Assembly: GCF_020073745.1 (NCBI RefSeq)
Contig: NZ_JAIRAU010000002.1
Span: 145,694-209,693 of the forward strand
DNA length: 64,000 nucleotides
Origin: Nannocystis pusilla
GTDB taxonomy: Bacteria > Myxococcota_A > Polyangia > Nannocystales > Nannocystaceae
Direction of reading: 5' to 3'
Shown: positions 63,798 to 64,000 of the stretch, piece by piece
Layout: each line of letters starts with the position of its first letter
How positions within the stretch are numbered: the stretch's first letter is position 1
Position numbers and translations under genes: made by a program
Notes under the pieces: model-generated
Database searches by the model: none
The model's input: the letters and a program-made list of their open reading frames with translations, nothing else
What the model was told of the DNA's origin: nothing

Positions 63798-64000
63798 GAC
63801 GCGCTGGTCTTACTCCACGTTCGTCGATCGGTCGAGCGACGCCGGCGAAGGTCACGTGCGGGCCGCGAGATCGAGACGCGGCGACGAAGGCCCCGGCGAT
63901 TCCCGGCGCCGGCCGTCGACTGCGCGGGGGATGCGGACTGGCCCCGGCGCGAGGTCGACGTCGACTCGCAGTCGCGAGCCACATCGCTGGTGACGCGCGA

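Overview
Very high-GC (~72%) bacterial chromosomal window; the gene content looks myxobacterial (Ser/Thr kinase with TPR repeats, two sigma-54 activators, many lipoproteins). About 47 protein-coding genes can be supported. These include a complete type II secretion cluster gspC-D-E-F-G-H-I-J-K-L-M-N (27.6-42.5 kb) flanked by two NtrC-family regulators. There is a class III/IV-type PHA locus (phaR, acyl-CoA synthetase, small coiled-coil subunit, phaC with a GYCMGG box). Housekeeping genes include pgi, prmA, rsmE, meaB, a MATE pump and a UDP-sugar pyrophosphorylase. A ~1730-aa protein with an MshEN domain, low-complexity repeats and HEAT repeats lies in an operon with an RDD protein. No rRNA, tRNA or CRISPR was found. 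The most unusual content is non-coding. (1) Dispersed tandem arrays of a 14-bp unit carrying CATGTCC (palindromic core GGGACATGTCC) sit at many gene 3' ends and convergent junctions, and isolated 14-bp-spaced motif pairs also occur inside coding sequence. (2) Three copies of a ~305-bp highly structured non-coding repeat (6.7 kb, 58.1 kb inverted, 61.8 kb), two of them abutting a 14-bp array. Other points of note: an apparent epimerase-CPBP protease fusion ORF bridged by a 42-bp (3x14) array; a second sigma-54 activator lacking the GAFTGA loop; an orphan DPPY amino-methyltransferase with AT-hook repeats; and a phytochelatin-synthase-like gene. Starts and ends were read by eye from the ORF track and motif inspection and are approximate.
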